Source: Desulfuromonadales bacterium
Lineage (GTDB): Bacteria; Desulfobacterota; Desulfuromonadia; Desulfuromonadales; JACZKF01
Length of the DNA: 64,000 nt
Assembly (NCBI GenBank): GCA_029289095.1
Contig: JARFUG010000005.1
Location: 11,914-75,913, forward strand
Direction: 5' to 3'
The notes beneath the pieces are model-generated. The model did no database searches. It was given only the letters and a program-made list of their open reading frames with translations, and was not told the DNA's origin. The position numbers and the translations under genes were made by a program. The number at the start of each line of letters is the position of its first letter. Positions within the stretch are counted from its first letter, which is position 1. Below are positions 9,603 to 19,854 of this stretch, in pieces.

Positions 9603-10451
9603 ATGCGAAACGCTCTGACCGTCGATGTGGAGGATTACTTCCAGGTCGCCGCGTTCCGAAACGATATCCGGGTGGAAGACTGGGAATATTACCCCTTGCG
9701 CGTTGTTGACAACACCCTGCGAGTTCTCGATCTGCTGGACGAGTTCGAGGTCAAGGCGACTTTCTTCGTTCTGGGATGGGTCGCCATGCGGAGGCCGGCC
9801 CTGGTGGGAGAAATCCGGCGTCGGGGCCACGAAATCGCCAGCCACGGTTTCGGCCATCAGCTCATCTACGAGATCGGGCCGGATGAGTTCCGTGAGGATG
9901 TGCGGCGCAGCAAGGCGCTGCTGGAAGATCTGTGCGGAGAAGCGGTGCACGGCTACCGCGCTCCGAGCTATTCGATCACCGGGCGCAACATGTGGGCCAT
10001 CGATATCCTCATCGAAGAAGGGTTTACCTACGATTCGAGCATCTATCCCATTCACCACGACCTCTACGGGATGCCGGACGCTCAGCGCTTCCCCCATGTC
10101 ATCCATCGTGCCGGCGGCTCGATCCGGGAATTTCCAATCTCGACCCTGCAGTTCGGTCTGGGCGAAGCGCTTCAGTTCAGGCTCCCCGTAGGCGGTGGAG
10201 GGTATCTGCGCCTGTTTCCCGTCTCCCTCATGCGCTACGCCTTCAACCACATCAACGAAAAAGAAATGCAACCGGCGGTCCTGTACTTCCACCCCTGGGA
10301 GATCGACCCGGGCCAGCCCCGCATCCGCTCTGGATGGAAATCGCGATTTCGCCACTACGTCAATCTGGAGACGACCTTCAGCAAGCTGACATGCCTGGTC
10401 AAAGACCTGCACTTCGTCCCGATGAAGGAGGTTTTTGCCGATGAAGGGTGA
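9603..10451 (+). CDS. polysaccharide deacetylase (CE4/NodB-like, PEP-CTERM-locus subtype)
   Basis: 282 aa. MRNALTVDVEDYFQVAAF... KATFFVLGWVA...GHEIASHGFGH motifs. GGAGG RBS. Confidence 0.9.
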   Translation: MRNALTVDVEDYFQVAAFRNDIRVEDWEYYPLRVVDNTLRVLDLLDEFEVKATFFVLGWVAMRRPALVGEIRRRGHEIASHGFGHQLIYEIGPDEFREDVRRSKALLEDLCGEAVHGYRAPSYSITGRNMWAIDILIEEGFTYDSSIYPIHHDLYGMPDAQRFPHVIHRAGGSIREFPISTLQFGLGEALQFRLPVGGGGYLRLFPVSLMRYAFNHINEKEMQPAVLYFHPWEIDPGQPRIRSGWKSRFRHYVNLETTFSKLTCLVKDLHFVPMKEVFADEG

Positions 10452-11820
10452 AATTTTCCAAGGAGACTTCTATGCCCCGATCGTGCGCAGCATCGTGGCC
10501 CCTTTGTGGGCCTTCCGGGAGCGCAGTCCCTACCTTCGCCACCTGCGGCGCCTGGAGCATTCCCCACGACGCCCTCTGGAGGTGGTGCGCGCCAATCAGT
10601 GGCGCCGCCTCCAGGCTCTGCTGCACCATGCCGTCGATCACGTCCCGTATTACCGCAATAGGCTGTACGAAGAAGGGATCGACGTACGCGAGGTGCGCTC
10701 CTGGGACGATTTCAGCGCCCTGCCTCTTTTGACAAAGGACGACATCCGGGTCCATCGCACCGGGATGATGGCCGGCAACATCCCTGCCGAGGCGCACCAT
10801 CGCAAGAAGACTTCCGGGTCGACCGGCATCTCTCTCGATTTCGTCGTCGACGATCAGAGCATGCAGTGGAAGCGCGCCTGCACCGTTCGTCACGACCAGT
10901 GGACGGGGTGGCGTCTCGGCGAGCGGGTCGGCGCCCTCTGGGGAAATCCCGAGTACAAAAAGAGCTGGCGCGGATACGTGCGCAACGCCCTGCTGGAGCG
11001 CACCGCATACCTGGACACCCTGAAGATGGACGAAGTGGCGATGGCCAGGTTTTACTACCGCCTCCGGCGCCTCAGGCCGACCCTGCTCTACGGTCACGCA
11101 CACTCTCTTTACCTCTTCGCGCGCTACCTCAAGAAGACGGGGAAGCTCGACCTGCGCCCACGGGGAATCATCTCCACCGCCATGACGCTGCACGATTTCG
11201 AGCGGCGCCTCATCGAGGAAGTCTTCGCCGTCCCGGTGACCAACCGGTACGGCTGCGAAGAGGTGAGCCTGATCGCCTGCGAATGCCGTGCGCACAACGG
11301 CCTGCACCTGAACCTCGATACCGTCGTGGTGGAGTTCATCAGGGACGGGCGCTCCGCCGCCCCCGGCGAACCCGGCGCCATTGTCGTCACCGACCTGACC
11401 AACAGGGCGATGCCCTTTATCCGCTACAAGGTCGGCGACGTGGGGGTCCCCTCGGCACGCACCTGCTGCTGCGGTTGCACCTATCCGCTGATGGAGTCGG
11501 TCCAGGGGCGCATCGCCGATTACGTCGTGACCCCGGAAGGGGAGTTCGTCAGCGGCATCTCGCTCACCGAGAACTTCGCCATGCACCTTGACGGCGTGAA
11601 GCAGGTGCAGATCGTTCAGGAGCGCCTCGACCATCTCCTCGTACGCCTTGTGCGGGGAGACGATTACACCGACGGCGTTCTGGAGCGTCTTTCTGAACTC
11701 GTCAGTGTAAGGTTCGGGCCGCGAATGGGTCACGCCGTCGAATTCGTCAAGGCGATCGAGCCCGAGAGTTCGGGGAAGTACCGTTTCTGCATCTCGAGAC
11801 TACAGGAGCATCCCTTTTGA
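10435..11820 (+). CDS. adenylate-forming enzyme, phenylacetate-CoA ligase-like (PaaK/CapK/F390-synthetase family)
   Basis: 461 aa. KKTSGSTGISLDF AMP-binding loop, NRYGCEEV, and family-typical length and layout. Overlaps the upstream stop by 17 nt, so the start could instead be ATG 10441. Confidence 0.8.
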   Translation: MPMKGEIFQGDFYAPIVRSIVAPLWAFRERSPYLRHLRRLEHSPRRPLEVVRANQWRRLQALLHHAVDHVPYYRNRLYEEGIDVREVRSWDDFSALPLLTKDDIRVHRTGMMAGNIPAEAHHRKKTSGSTGISLDFVVDDQSMQWKRACTVRHDQWTGWRLGERVGALWGNPEYKKSWRGYVRNALLERTAYLDTLKMDEVAMARFYYRLRRLRPTLLYGHAHSLYLFARYLKKTGKLDLRPRGIISTAMTLHDFERRLIEEVFAVPVTNRYGCEEVSLIACECRAHNGLHLNLDTVVVEFIRDGRSAAPGEPGAIVVTDLTNRAMPFIRYKVGDVGVPSARTCCCGCTYPLMESVQGRIADYVVTPEGEFVSGISLTENFAMHLDGVKQVQIVQERLDHLLVRLVRGDDYTDGVLERLSELVSVRFGPRMGHAVEFVKAIEPESSGKYRFCISRLQEHPF

Positions 11821-13007
11821 GCCTCGTTGCGATCTTCATGATTCTGTTCGGGTTGGTGCTGACGACTGCCGCCGTTTACCTGGTCTTCTGGGCCTTCGTC
11901 TTTCTGAGCAACCGGGCAGACCCTGTGGTCCTGCCAGCACCGCCGCGGTTGCGTTTCGCCGTCGTCGTCCCTGCGCACAATGAAGAGGAAGGGATCGCGC
12001 ATACCCTGGAGAACCTCAAGGGAATCGATTATCCGAGCGATCTTTACGAGATCGTCGTGATCGCAGACAACTGCAGCGATGCAACGGCGGGCATCGCCCG
12101 ACGCTGCGCAGTCCGTACGCTGCGACGAAGCAATCCGGTGCTGCTCGGGAAGGGGTATGCCCTGAACTTCGCCTTTTCCCGCCTTCTGAAGGAAAATTTC
12201 GACGCTTTCGTCGTCGTCGATGCCGATTCGGTGCTCGATGCCGATTTTTTGCGGGTGATGAACGATCGGCTCCTTCGCGGCGAAAAGGTCGTGCAGGCGT
12301 GCTACGGCATTTCGAATCCCGACAGCAATCCCCTGACCTACATGATGCAGGTCGGCAACGTCATGGAAAACCTTCTCTTCTACGCGGCGAAGTCGCGTCT
12401 GGGTCTGCCGGCATTGCTGCGCGGCAACGGGATGTGTTTCGCCCGCCAAGTCCTCGAAGCGCACCCCTGGGATTGTTATTCCGTCGTCGAAGATACCGAA
12501 TACACTCTTCGCCTGGTGCGCGCAGGGTTCGCCATCCCCTTCGCGGACGAGACGCGCGTTCTGGCGCGGCAGCCCGAAACGCTGCGGCAGGCTCACACGC
12601 AGCGGGTGCGCTGGGCCTCGGGGAACCTGAAGCTGACGCGGGCGAACGCTCTGGCGCTGATCCGTGAAGGGATCGAAAGACGAAGCGGCGCGCTGATCGA
12701 TATGGGGGTGAGCTTTCTGGTGATGAGCAAGCCGCTGCTGCTTCTGGCGGCGCTCCTGCTAGCCGCGGCGGTTTTGGCGGCCGGGGCTCTAGGGCCCCTG
12801 AGCGCGCTTGCCATCGTCCTGGGCCTTCTGCCCTCGATCCTGCTCATGCTCTATATCGCCCTCGGGATCGCTGTGGCAGGAATCAGCTTGCGGCGCATGG
12901 CCTACCTGTTGTGCACCCCATGGTATCTGGGATGGTTCTTTCTCGTTTCGCTGCTCGGCGTCTTGGGATACCGGGCCAATATCTGGCTGAGAACGGGGCG
13001 GACATGA
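11817..13007 (+). CDS. membrane-bound family 2 glycosyltransferase
   Basis: FAVVVPAHNEEEGI, IVVIADNCSDAT and VVVDADSVL (DxD) motifs. N- and C-terminal TM helices. TTG at 11817 overlaps the upstream TGA; alternative ATG at 11838. Confidence 0.85.
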   Translation: MSLVAIFMILFGLVLTTAAVYLVFWAFVFLSNRADPVVLPAPPRLRFAVVVPAHNEEEGIAHTLENLKGIDYPSDLYEIVVIADNCSDATAGIARRCAVRTLRRSNPVLLGKGYALNFAFSRLLKENFDAFVVVDADSVLDADFLRVMNDRLLRGEKVVQACYGISNPDSNPLTYMMQVGNVMENLLFYAAKSRLGLPALLRGNGMCFARQVLEAHPWDCYSVVEDTEYTLRLVRAGFAIPFADETRVLARQPETLRQAHTQRVRWASGNLKLTRANALALIREGIERRSGALIDMGVSFLVMSKPLLLLAALLLAAAVLAAGALGPLSALAIVLGLLPSILLMLYIALGIAVAGISLRRMAYLLCTPWYLGWFFLVSLLGVLGYRANIWLRTGRT

Positions 13008-14173
13008 AACGATTGAGGATCGCCCACCTGATCGCCAGCAATTTCTTCGGGGGTCCGGAGAAGCAGATTCTGGAGCACGCGCGGCGTCTGCGGGAGAGTC
13101 CCTTCGAGGTATGCCTGATCTCGTATCACGAGGGGACGAAGAATGAATTCCTGGAACAGGCGCGCCGCGAAGGGCTCAGCACCCTGGCGCTGCCGGCGCG
13201 TATCCCCTTCGATCCGCGGGCGATCATCGATCTGAGCGCCGCTCTTCGAAGGGAGAATGTGGGGCTGCTGGTCACCCATCACTACAAGGCAAACGTTCTT
13301 GGAACCCTTGCAGCCACTCGCGTGGGGATACCGAAGGTGAGCGTCTCCCGGGGGTGGACAGGGGAGAACCGCAAGGTGCGTTTCTATGAATGGCTCGACA
13401 AGCGCTTTCTTCGCTTCGCCGATGAGATCGTCGCCGTATCGGAAGGGCAGCGCGCAAAGATTCTGGCCCTGGGAGTCGACCCACGGCGCGTTCGGGTCAT
13501 CCACAACTGCATCGACCTGGAGAATTCTCCTCCCCGGGCGGAGATTCCCCTGCGATGGGAACTCAGACTGTGCCCGGAGACCCTTCTGATCGCATCTGCC
13601 GGGCGCCTGAGTCCCGAGAAGAATATTGAAGGGTTGATCAGGGTGGCCGCGCGGGTCATGGCCTGCTCGCCGCGCGCCGTTTTTGTCGTCTTCGGCGAGG
13701 GGGTGCTTCGCAGGCGTCTTGAGGAGGCCGTCCGCAAAGCCGGTCTGCAGGGGAGCTTTCTTCTGCCGGGATTTCGCGAAGACTTCGCCGCCGTGCTGCC
13801 GCAGATCGACATCTTCGTCCTCCCCTCTCTGACCGAGGGGCTCCCCAATGTCATCCTGGAAGCCTTTGCCGCCCGAAAGCCGGTGGTGGCAACGGCCGTC
13901 GGAGGGACTCCCGAAGTCGTCGTCGATGGGGAAGGGGGATACCTGGTGCGTCCCGGCGATGAGGAAAAAATGGCGGAACGCATTCTGGAGCTCATGCATG
14001 ACTCCGAACTCCGGCGGCAGATGGGGGAGATGGGGCAGCGGCGCGTCTGCGAGACCTTCAGCCCCAGGAAACAGGCCGAAGCCTATTTCGCCCTCTATGA
14101 GGCCATGGTCCGCCGCAGGACGGAGCGCTACGGGCGCGGCGACCTTCCGGCACAGAAGGGCTGGAAGGTCTGA
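13004..14173 (+). CDS. family 4 (GT-B) glycosyltransferase
   Basis: ATG 13004 overlaps the upstream TGA (ATGA). MKRLRIAHLIASNFFGGPEKQ N-terminus. C-terminal FVLPSLTEGLPNVILEAFAARKPVVATAVGG (E-x7-E). The 5' extension to 12911 is rejected. Confidence 0.85.
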   Translation: MKRLRIAHLIASNFFGGPEKQILEHARRLRESPFEVCLISYHEGTKNEFLEQARREGLSTLALPARIPFDPRAIIDLSAALRRENVGLLVTHHYKANVLGTLAATRVGIPKVSVSRGWTGENRKVRFYEWLDKRFLRFADEIVAVSEGQRAKILALGVDPRRVRVIHNCIDLENSPPRAEIPLRWELRLCPETLLIASAGRLSPEKNIEGLIRVAARVMACSPRAVFVVFGEGVLRRRLEEAVRKAGLQGSFLLPGFREDFAAVLPQIDIFVLPSLTEGLPNVILEAFAARKPVVATAVGGTPEVVVDGEGGYLVRPGDEEKMAERILELMHDSELRRQMGEMGQRRVCETFSPRKQAEAYFALYEAMVRRRTERYGRGDLPAQKGWKV

Positions 14174-14212
14174 AGAGGGGGATATGAGTGAGCGGAAGGA
14201 AAATTTTCTCGT

Positions 14213-15337
14213 ATGGACCCATTTCTGACCATCGTCATGCCTGTGCGCAACGAGAGGCGCTTTATCTCCGATACGATCCGGATGCTCCTGAGCCAGGATT
14301 ATCCCGAAGACCGCTACGAGATCATCGTCGCCGACGGGCATTCCGACGACGGTACGGCGGAGCTCGTCCAGGAACTGGCCGCCCGCCACCCACAGATCCG
14401 CCTCGTCATCAACGACAAGCGGCGATCGAGCGCCGGGCGCAACCTCGGTTTTCGCCTCGGAAGAGGCGAGTATTTTCTCGTCGTCGACGGCCACTGCCAT
14501 ATCGACAACGATCGCCTCTTGCGCAGCGTCGTCGACTGCTTCGAGCGCAGCGGCGCCGACTGCCTGGGGCGCCCTCAGCCCCTCGACCCCCCGGGGCTCA
14601 CGCCTTTCCAGGAGGCGGTCGCCCTTGCCCGCGCTTCGTTCATCGGGCACAGCAGCCAGTCTCTGATCTACGATCGCCACGAAGGGTATGCCAGCATCGT
14701 GAGCAACGGCGCGGCCTACAGGCGCGAGGTCTTCGAGAAGGTCGGCTATGTCGATGAGCGCATGGACGCCTGCGAAGACGTCGAATTTCACTACCGGATC
14801 GAAAAAGCGGGACTGCGCGGCTACACCAGCCCCGATCTGACCGTGCGCTACTATCCCCGCGAAGACCTCGCCGCCCTCTATCGCCAGATGCACAGGTACG
14901 GGAAGGGGCGCTACCGTTTTTTGCAGCGCCACCCTGAAAGCTTCCATTGGGAAACGCTGATCCCCCCTCTTTTCGTCCTCGGCCTGTATCTGCTGGCCGC
15001 AAGCGTTCTGGGGGTCTTCGCGATCTATCTGAGGACGAACCCGGGTGAAGAAGTCGCTATGGCTTCATCGACTTTGGCGCTCCTGGTCTGCGCAGGGGGG
15101 CTTTTCGGTCTCTATCTCTCCTATCTCTGCGTCATCGGGGGAACCTCGGTTCTGATCGCACTCGAACAGGGGCCAAGACACCTGCGCTATCTCCCCGGCA
15201 TCTTTTTCACCATCCACCTCGGAATGGGGCGCGGTTTTCTGGCAGCGCTCTGGAACGCCGCGCAGGACGACACAGACATCGACAGAGCCGACATTCCTCC
15301 GCGAATGCGCAAGCCTGCGGGAAAGAGTCCGTCATGA
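14213..15337 (+). CDS. family 2 glycosyltransferase with C-terminal TM region
   Basis: LTIVMPVRNERRFI, IIVADGHSDDGT and LVVDGHCHI motifs. Four C-terminal hydrophobic helices. Confidence 0.85.
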   Translation: MDPFLTIVMPVRNERRFISDTIRMLLSQDYPEDRYEIIVADGHSDDGTAELVQELAARHPQIRLVINDKRRSSAGRNLGFRLGRGEYFLVVDGHCHIDNDRLLRSVVDCFERSGADCLGRPQPLDPPGLTPFQEAVALARASFIGHSSQSLIYDRHEGYASIVSNGAAYRREVFEKVGYVDERMDACEDVEFHYRIEKAGLRGYTSPDLTVRYYPREDLAALYRQMHRYGKGRYRFLQRHPESFHWETLIPPLFVLGLYLLAASVLGVFAIYLRTNPGEEVAMASSTLALLVCAGGLFGLYLSYLCVIGGTSVLIALEQGPRHLRYLPGIFFTIHLGMGRGFLAALWNAAQDDTDIDRADIPPRMRKPAGKSPS

Positions 15338-16296
15338 CGCCGCCCTTCAACGTCCTGATCCTGACCGGCGACGACCCCGAGCGCTATCGCACCCTTCAGG
15401 ACGAGGGAATCGAAATTCATGTGCGCGCCCCGTCAGAAACGATCCCCGAGATCGAGCGCGTCGATGCCGTTATCGGGGGGTGGTTCAGTCGCGAGCTCCT
15501 GGAAAGCGCCGGGCGGCTCAAGTATTTTCTCGTCCCGTTTGCAGGCCTCCCGCCGGATCTGGGCAACCTCCTGCGGAACCGTCCCGGGCTGCACGTGGCC
15601 AACTGCCATTACAGCGCGCCCTTCGTCGCCGAACATGTCTTTGCCATGATCTTTCACCTGTGGCGCAACCTGCAGTCGATGGACCGCTTCATGCGCCGCT
15701 CGCGCATCGTTCGCCGGCGCCGTCCCGCCGTCGACTTCGTCACCCTTCAGGGCAAGACGATGGGGATACTGGGGCGCGGCCACATCGGCCGCGAAGTGCA
15801 GCGTCGCGCGCTCGCCTTCGGAATGGACACCCTCATCTACAGTCGCGGCGACTATCTGCAGGATCCGGACAGGCGCAGGCTTCACGATCTTCTCGGGTGC
15901 AGCCGCATCGTCGTGCTGGCCCTTCCGCTCACCCAGGAGACGCGGGAGATGATAGCGCAGGAGGAATTCGCCCATATGGGGGGGGAATCGATTTTCATCA
16001 ACGTCTCGCGGGGCGAGATCGTCAAGGAGCAGGCTCTCTTCGACGCCCTGCACGGCGACAGGATTCAGGGGGCGGGGGTCGATGCCTGGTACAACTACGT
16101 CGAGGGGTTTTTCTCGGCCGAGCGGCCCTACACCTGCCCCTTCCACCGTCTGGCGAATATTGTCATGACTCCGCATGTGGCCTACCAGGCCGACGTTCTG
16201 GAGGCAGAAAAGCTCAGAAGCATACGGACCTTCATCCGCGAGGCCGCAGGGGGGAAATCTCTTTCGGGACGCATCGATCCGTCGCGAGGGTATTGA
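15334..16296 (+). CDS. D-isomer-specific 2-hydroxyacid dehydrogenase family protein
   Basis: ATGA overlap at 15334. NAD-binding GKTMGILGRGHIGREV. LPLTQETREMI, INVSRGEIV and VMTPHVA catalytic-region motifs. Confidence 0.8.
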   Translation: MTPPFNVLILTGDDPERYRTLQDEGIEIHVRAPSETIPEIERVDAVIGGWFSRELLESAGRLKYFLVPFAGLPPDLGNLLRNRPGLHVANCHYSAPFVAEHVFAMIFHLWRNLQSMDRFMRRSRIVRRRRPAVDFVTLQGKTMGILGRGHIGREVQRRALAFGMDTLIYSRGDYLQDPDRRRLHDLLGCSRIVVLALPLTQETREMIAQEEFAHMGGESIFINVSRGEIVKEQALFDALHGDRIQGAGVDAWYNYVEGFFSAERPYTCPFHRLANIVMTPHVAYQADVLEAEKLRSIRTFIREAAGGKSLSGRIDPSRGY

Positions 16297-16301
16297 GAAC
16301 A

Positions 16302-16382
16302 GGAGTCGGGAGTCGGGAGTCGGGAGTCGGGGCCAAAGCAAGAGCCAAGAACCAGGACCAAAAGCCGGGAGTCGGGAGCTCG
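16302..16382. repeat. heptamer array GGAGTCG x4 plus degenerate units
   Basis: GGAGTCG at 16302, 16309, 16316 and 16323. Degenerate CCAAAGC/AAGAGCC/AAGAACC units follow. GGGAGTCGGGAGCTCG at 16367-16382 ends 2 nt before ATG 16385. Confidence 0.9.
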
Positions 16383-16384
16383 TT

Positions 16385-17533
16385 ATGACCGACAAAGTCA
16401 AAATCGCTTTCGTCATCAACACCATCGCTTCCCCCTCTGGCGGGACGGAAAAGCAGCTCCTTTTCCTTCTCGAGGGGATGAACCGTGAGGTCTTCGAGCC
16501 GCATCTTTTCTGCCTTTATTCAAATGCCTGGCTCGATGAGCATTTCAGCCTCTGCCCCCTGCACGTTCTGGGGATCAACTCGTTCAAGAACCCCCTGATC
16601 CTGCAGCATCTCGCCTCCTTTGCCGCGACTCTGCGCAAAGAAAGCTTCTCCATCGTCCAGACCCATTTCTCGGACGCTAACATGGTGGGGACCCTCGCAG
16701 GGCGGCTCGCCGGCGTGCCGGTCATCATCTCGACCCGACGCGGCGTCCCCTACTACAGCAGCCGCGCGGGGCTCTCGATCCTGCGCCTGCTCAATGCCCG
16801 GGCGAGCTTCTTCATCGCCAACTCCCCCGCGACCCGCCAGTGGGCGTCCGAGGCCGAAGGGATCCCCCTGGAGAAGATCGGGGTGGTCCCCAACGGGATC
16901 GATCCCGCCGTCTGCGTACGGCGCGGGAGGCAGAGAAGCAGCTACCGGCGCGCGCTCAATCTGCCGCTGCGCGCTTCGGTCGTCGGCATCGTCGCCAACC
17001 TTCGCCCGGTCAAGGGGATCGAGATCTTCCTGCGTGCCGCCGCTCTGGTTCTGCTCGAGCTTCCGCAGAGTTACTTTCTGGTGGTCGGCGAAGGGGAGGA
17101 GGAGTCTTCGCTGCGCTCTCTGGCCCGGGAACTCGGGATCGCGCAAAACGTCCTTTTCCTCGGCAAACGAAGCGACGTCCCGGCCCTGCTCGACACCCTG
17201 GACGTGGGAGTTCTCTCCTCTCACTGGGAGAGCTTCTCCAACGCCATACTCGAATACCTCGCCGCCGGGATTCCCGTCGTGTGCACCGACGTGGGAGGGT
17301 GCAGGGATGTCGTCGTCGAGGGGATCAACGGCTACATCGTCCCTCCCGCAGACCCCAGGGCGATGGCCGAGAAGATCGTTCTGCTTCTGCATCGCCATTT
17401 CAGCCAGGGGGAGTGCCAGCGTCTTCGCCGCCGGGTGATGAAGAAATACTCCGTCGAGGCGATGGTGGAGGGGCATCAGAGCCTCTATCGACGGCTTTTG
17501 CAGGGAACCCTCGTGCCGCAGCAGGAAGGGTGA
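16385..17533 (+). CDS. family 4 (GT-B) glycosyltransferase
   Basis: MTDKVKIAFVINTIASPSGGTEKQ N-terminus. VLSSHWESFSNAILEYLAAGIPVVCTDVGG (E-x7-E). The 5' extension to 16175 runs through the repeat array and is rejected. Confidence 0.85.
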   Translation: MTDKVKIAFVINTIASPSGGTEKQLLFLLEGMNREVFEPHLFCLYSNAWLDEHFSLCPLHVLGINSFKNPLILQHLASFAATLRKESFSIVQTHFSDANMVGTLAGRLAGVPVIISTRRGVPYYSSRAGLSILRLLNARASFFIANSPATRQWASEAEGIPLEKIGVVPNGIDPAVCVRRGRQRSSYRRALNLPLRASVVGIVANLRPVKGIEIFLRAAALVLLELPQSYFLVVGEGEEESSLRSLARELGIAQNVLFLGKRSDVPALLDTLDVGVLSSHWESFSNAILEYLAAGIPVVCTDVGGCRDVVVEGINGYIVPPADPRAMAEKIVLLLHRHFSQGECQRLRRRVMKKYSVEAMVEGHQSLYRRLLQGTLVPQQEG

Positions 17534-17574
17534 CGGATGCGCAAAAGGTTGCGGGTGCGATTGGAAGAGACCGT

Positions 17575-18615
17575 ATGCTGAAACAATTCATCAAGAACTG
17601 CCTCTACGTGATCAGCCACGACGTTCAAAGGACGCTGGGCCTCGGACCGGTCTTCTGCAGGGGAATCCATATCCTGATGTATCACCGCATCTGCCCCCGG
17701 CGCGATGAGCTCGGAATCGCCATCAGCCCGGAATTTTTTGAGGCACAGATCCGGTATCTCCAGAACCATTTCACCATTATCTCTCTCGATGAGGCGCTTG
17801 AGGCCATCCCTCGCGGAACGAGTGAACCGCTTTTCGCCATCACCTTCGACGACGGGTACAGGGACAATTTCACCGACGCATATCCGGTCCTGCGCCGTTA
17901 CGGCGTCCCCGCCACCATCTTCATCACCTGCAACGACGTCCAGAGCGGGGTGACGGATTGGCATCGGATGGACTGCGCCCTTCGCGAAACCGCCCTCGAG
18001 GAGCTCGATCTGGAAATCTTCGGCCTCGGCATCATCTCCCTTCGCACCCTGGAGGAACGCATCAGGGCGATCCGCACCCTTCACCGTCGCCTGAAGGAGA
18101 TCGACAACGAGCTGCGCCTCGAGATCCTCTCCTTCATCCTGGAGCGCTGCGGCGCGAGGGAACTGGAGAGAATCATGCTGACCTGGCAGGACGTGCGTCG
18201 TATGTCCGACGAAGGGCTCGTCACCATCGGGTCCCACACCCTCAGCCACCCGATTCTGACGAGCGTCGGCGCGGCCGCCGCGAAAAGGGAGATCGAGCAG
18301 AGTCGCCTGCGCATCGAAGAGGTGATCGAGCGTCCCGTCAGGCATTTCGCCTACCCGAACGGAGATTTCGACGCCAAGATCGCCGATCTGGTGAGACAGG
18401 GCGGATATGCCAGCGCCTGCACCACCGTCGCGGGGTGCAACGAGAGGAGGGCCGATCTCTTCGCTCTTCGGCGAATCGATGTGACCTATCAGATGTGCGA
18501 GACCATCAGCGGACACTTCTCTGCGCGCATGTTCGCCATGAGCATGGCGACCGAGGCGAATGCCAAAGAGGGGTGGCCACCCCGGCAGAACATCAAGCCG
18601 GCAGCGGGAGTCTGA
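17575..18615 (+). CDS. polysaccharide deacetylase (CE4/NodB-like)
   Basis: MLKQFIKN... ILMYHRI, FAITFDDGYRDNFTDAYPVLRRYGVPATIF, IGSHTLSHP and FAYPNG motifs. The long Arg/Gly-rich 5' extension of ORF 16840-18615 overlaps the previous GT and is rejected. Confidence 0.85.
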   Translation: MLKQFIKNCLYVISHDVQRTLGLGPVFCRGIHILMYHRICPRRDELGIAISPEFFEAQIRYLQNHFTIISLDEALEAIPRGTSEPLFAITFDDGYRDNFTDAYPVLRRYGVPATIFITCNDVQSGVTDWHRMDCALRETALEELDLEIFGLGIISLRTLEERIRAIRTLHRRLKEIDNELRLEILSFILERCGARELERIMLTWQDVRRMSDEGLVTIGSHTLSHPILTSVGAAAAKREIEQSRLRIEEVIERPVRHFAYPNGDFDAKIADLVRQGGYASACTTVAGCNERRADLFALRRIDVTYQMCETISGHFSARMFAMSMATEANAKEGWPPRQNIKPAAGV

Positions 18616-18624
18616 GAGAGCGTC

Positions 18625-19794
18625 ATGAAGATCGAGATCGTCTCCAGTCAGGAATCGTTCGCCTCCCTGAGAGAGCCCTGGAGCGAACTGCTCGAAAAAA
18701 ATCCGGCGGTAGACTTCTTCCTCTCCCACCCCTGGCTCTACTCGTGGTGGGAAGTCTTCGCACGGGGGCGTGAGCTCTCGATCTTCGTGTGCCGCCACGG
18801 GAGCGACGGAAGGGTCGTCGGAATCCTCCCGGCCTTTATGGAAAACGGTGGAGGTCTCTCGTCGCGACGCATGCGGCTGCTGGGGAGCGAGTTCGTCAGT
18901 TCGGATTTTCTCGGCATTCTCGTCGATCCGCACAGCAAAGAAGAGACCCTGAAGGCGCTTCTCGATGCTCTCCATCACGGCGAGCAGCTCTGGGATCTGC
19001 TCGATTTCGAGGCGCTCGATTCACAGGGAGACCTGCCGGCGCTCCTGCATGAAACGGTTGCGAAAGGGGAGGGGCGCCGGATTCTCATCGAGCCCGGCGA
19101 AACGTGCCCGGCGCTGGTTCTTCCGGGCGACTGGGAGACGTACCTGCGTGCGCTGACGAAAAAGATGCGCTCCAACGTCCGGTATTTCCGCAAGGTGCTG
19201 GAGCGCCGCGGCGCCGTGGAGTACGAAATGATTGAATCGCCGGAGCAGTTCGAAGGGGCGCTGAGTGATGTGATGCGTCTTCGCCGTCGCTGGATCGAGG
19301 CGCGCGGGTACTCGAGCCCGTGCCCTTTTCCCCTCTACGCCGATTTTCACCGCCGCCTGTGGAGGCGCTCGATTCCCGAAGGGGGTGTCCACATCCGCTT
19401 CCTGCGCTACAACGGGCGTCGCATCGCTTTCGCCTATCTTCTGCGCCTGGGAGCGAGCGTTTACTACTACCAGACCGCCTTCGAGCAGGAATTCGCCAGT
19501 CGCAGCGTCGGTTCCGTCCTTCTCGGCCACCTTATCGAAGAGGCGATCGCCTGGGGGTGCACCCGCTTCGAGTTCCTGCGCGGGGATGAACAGTACAAAT
19601 TCAAATGGGGAGAGGTGCGAGAGCGCAGGCTCGCAAGGGTGAAGGTCTACAACGCCACCGGCGCCGGGCGCTGGAGCTACGGCATCGACACGGCTCTGGG
19701 GAGCGCGCGGAGGATGGTGAAGGGACTGGCGCCGGGAAGGACGGAGGACAGAGGACGGAGGACGGAGGACAGCAAACTCCCCCTCCTTGATTAG
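18625..19794 (+). CDS. FemAB-fold GNAT acyltransferase (CelD/BioF2-like, Acetyltransf_6 type)
   Basis: 389 aa. C-terminal signature FEFLRGDEQYKFKWG. Length and layout match four other paralogs in the window. The last ~19 aa (GRTEDRGRRTEDSKLPLLD) are encoded by the heptamer array. Confidence 0.7.
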   Translation: MKIEIVSSQESFASLREPWSELLEKNPAVDFFLSHPWLYSWWEVFARGRELSIFVCRHGSDGRVVGILPAFMENGGGLSSRRMRLLGSEFVSSDFLGILVDPHSKEETLKALLDALHHGEQLWDLLDFEALDSQGDLPALLHETVAKGEGRRILIEPGETCPALVLPGDWETYLRALTKKMRSNVRYFRKVLERRGAVEYEMIESPEQFEGALSDVMRLRRRWIEARGYSSPCPFPLYADFHRRLWRRSIPEGGVHIRFLRYNGRRIAFAYLLRLGASVYYYQTAFEQEFASRSVGSVLLGHLIEEAIAWGCTRFEFLRGDEQYKFKWGEVRERRLARVKVYNATGAGRWSYGIDTALGSARRMVKGLAPGRTEDRGRRTEDSKLPLLD

Positions 19795-19801
19795 GAGGGG
19801 G
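19739..19801. repeat. heptamer array GGACGGA/GGACAGA x5 followed by an 8-bp hairpin spanning the stop codon
   Basis: Units at 19739, 19746, 19753, 19760 and 19767. CCCCCTCC (19779-19786) pairs with GGAGGGGG (19794-19801). The loop TTGATTA contains the TAG stop. Confidence 0.9.
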
Positions 19802-19854
19802 TTGGGGGGTGGTGGAGATCGTGACAAGACGCCGCGAAGCGGCCCGGAGCTCAA

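Noticed and set aside
9251-9618. ORFs 9251-9478, 9301-9618 and 9335-9604, plus the similar 27588-27902 and 27754-28029, encoded by repeat DNA.
   Set aside because: Their sequences are direct translations of tandem repeats (for example RTEDGG and PSSVL periodicity) and overlap one another on both strands. No RBS or domain supports them.
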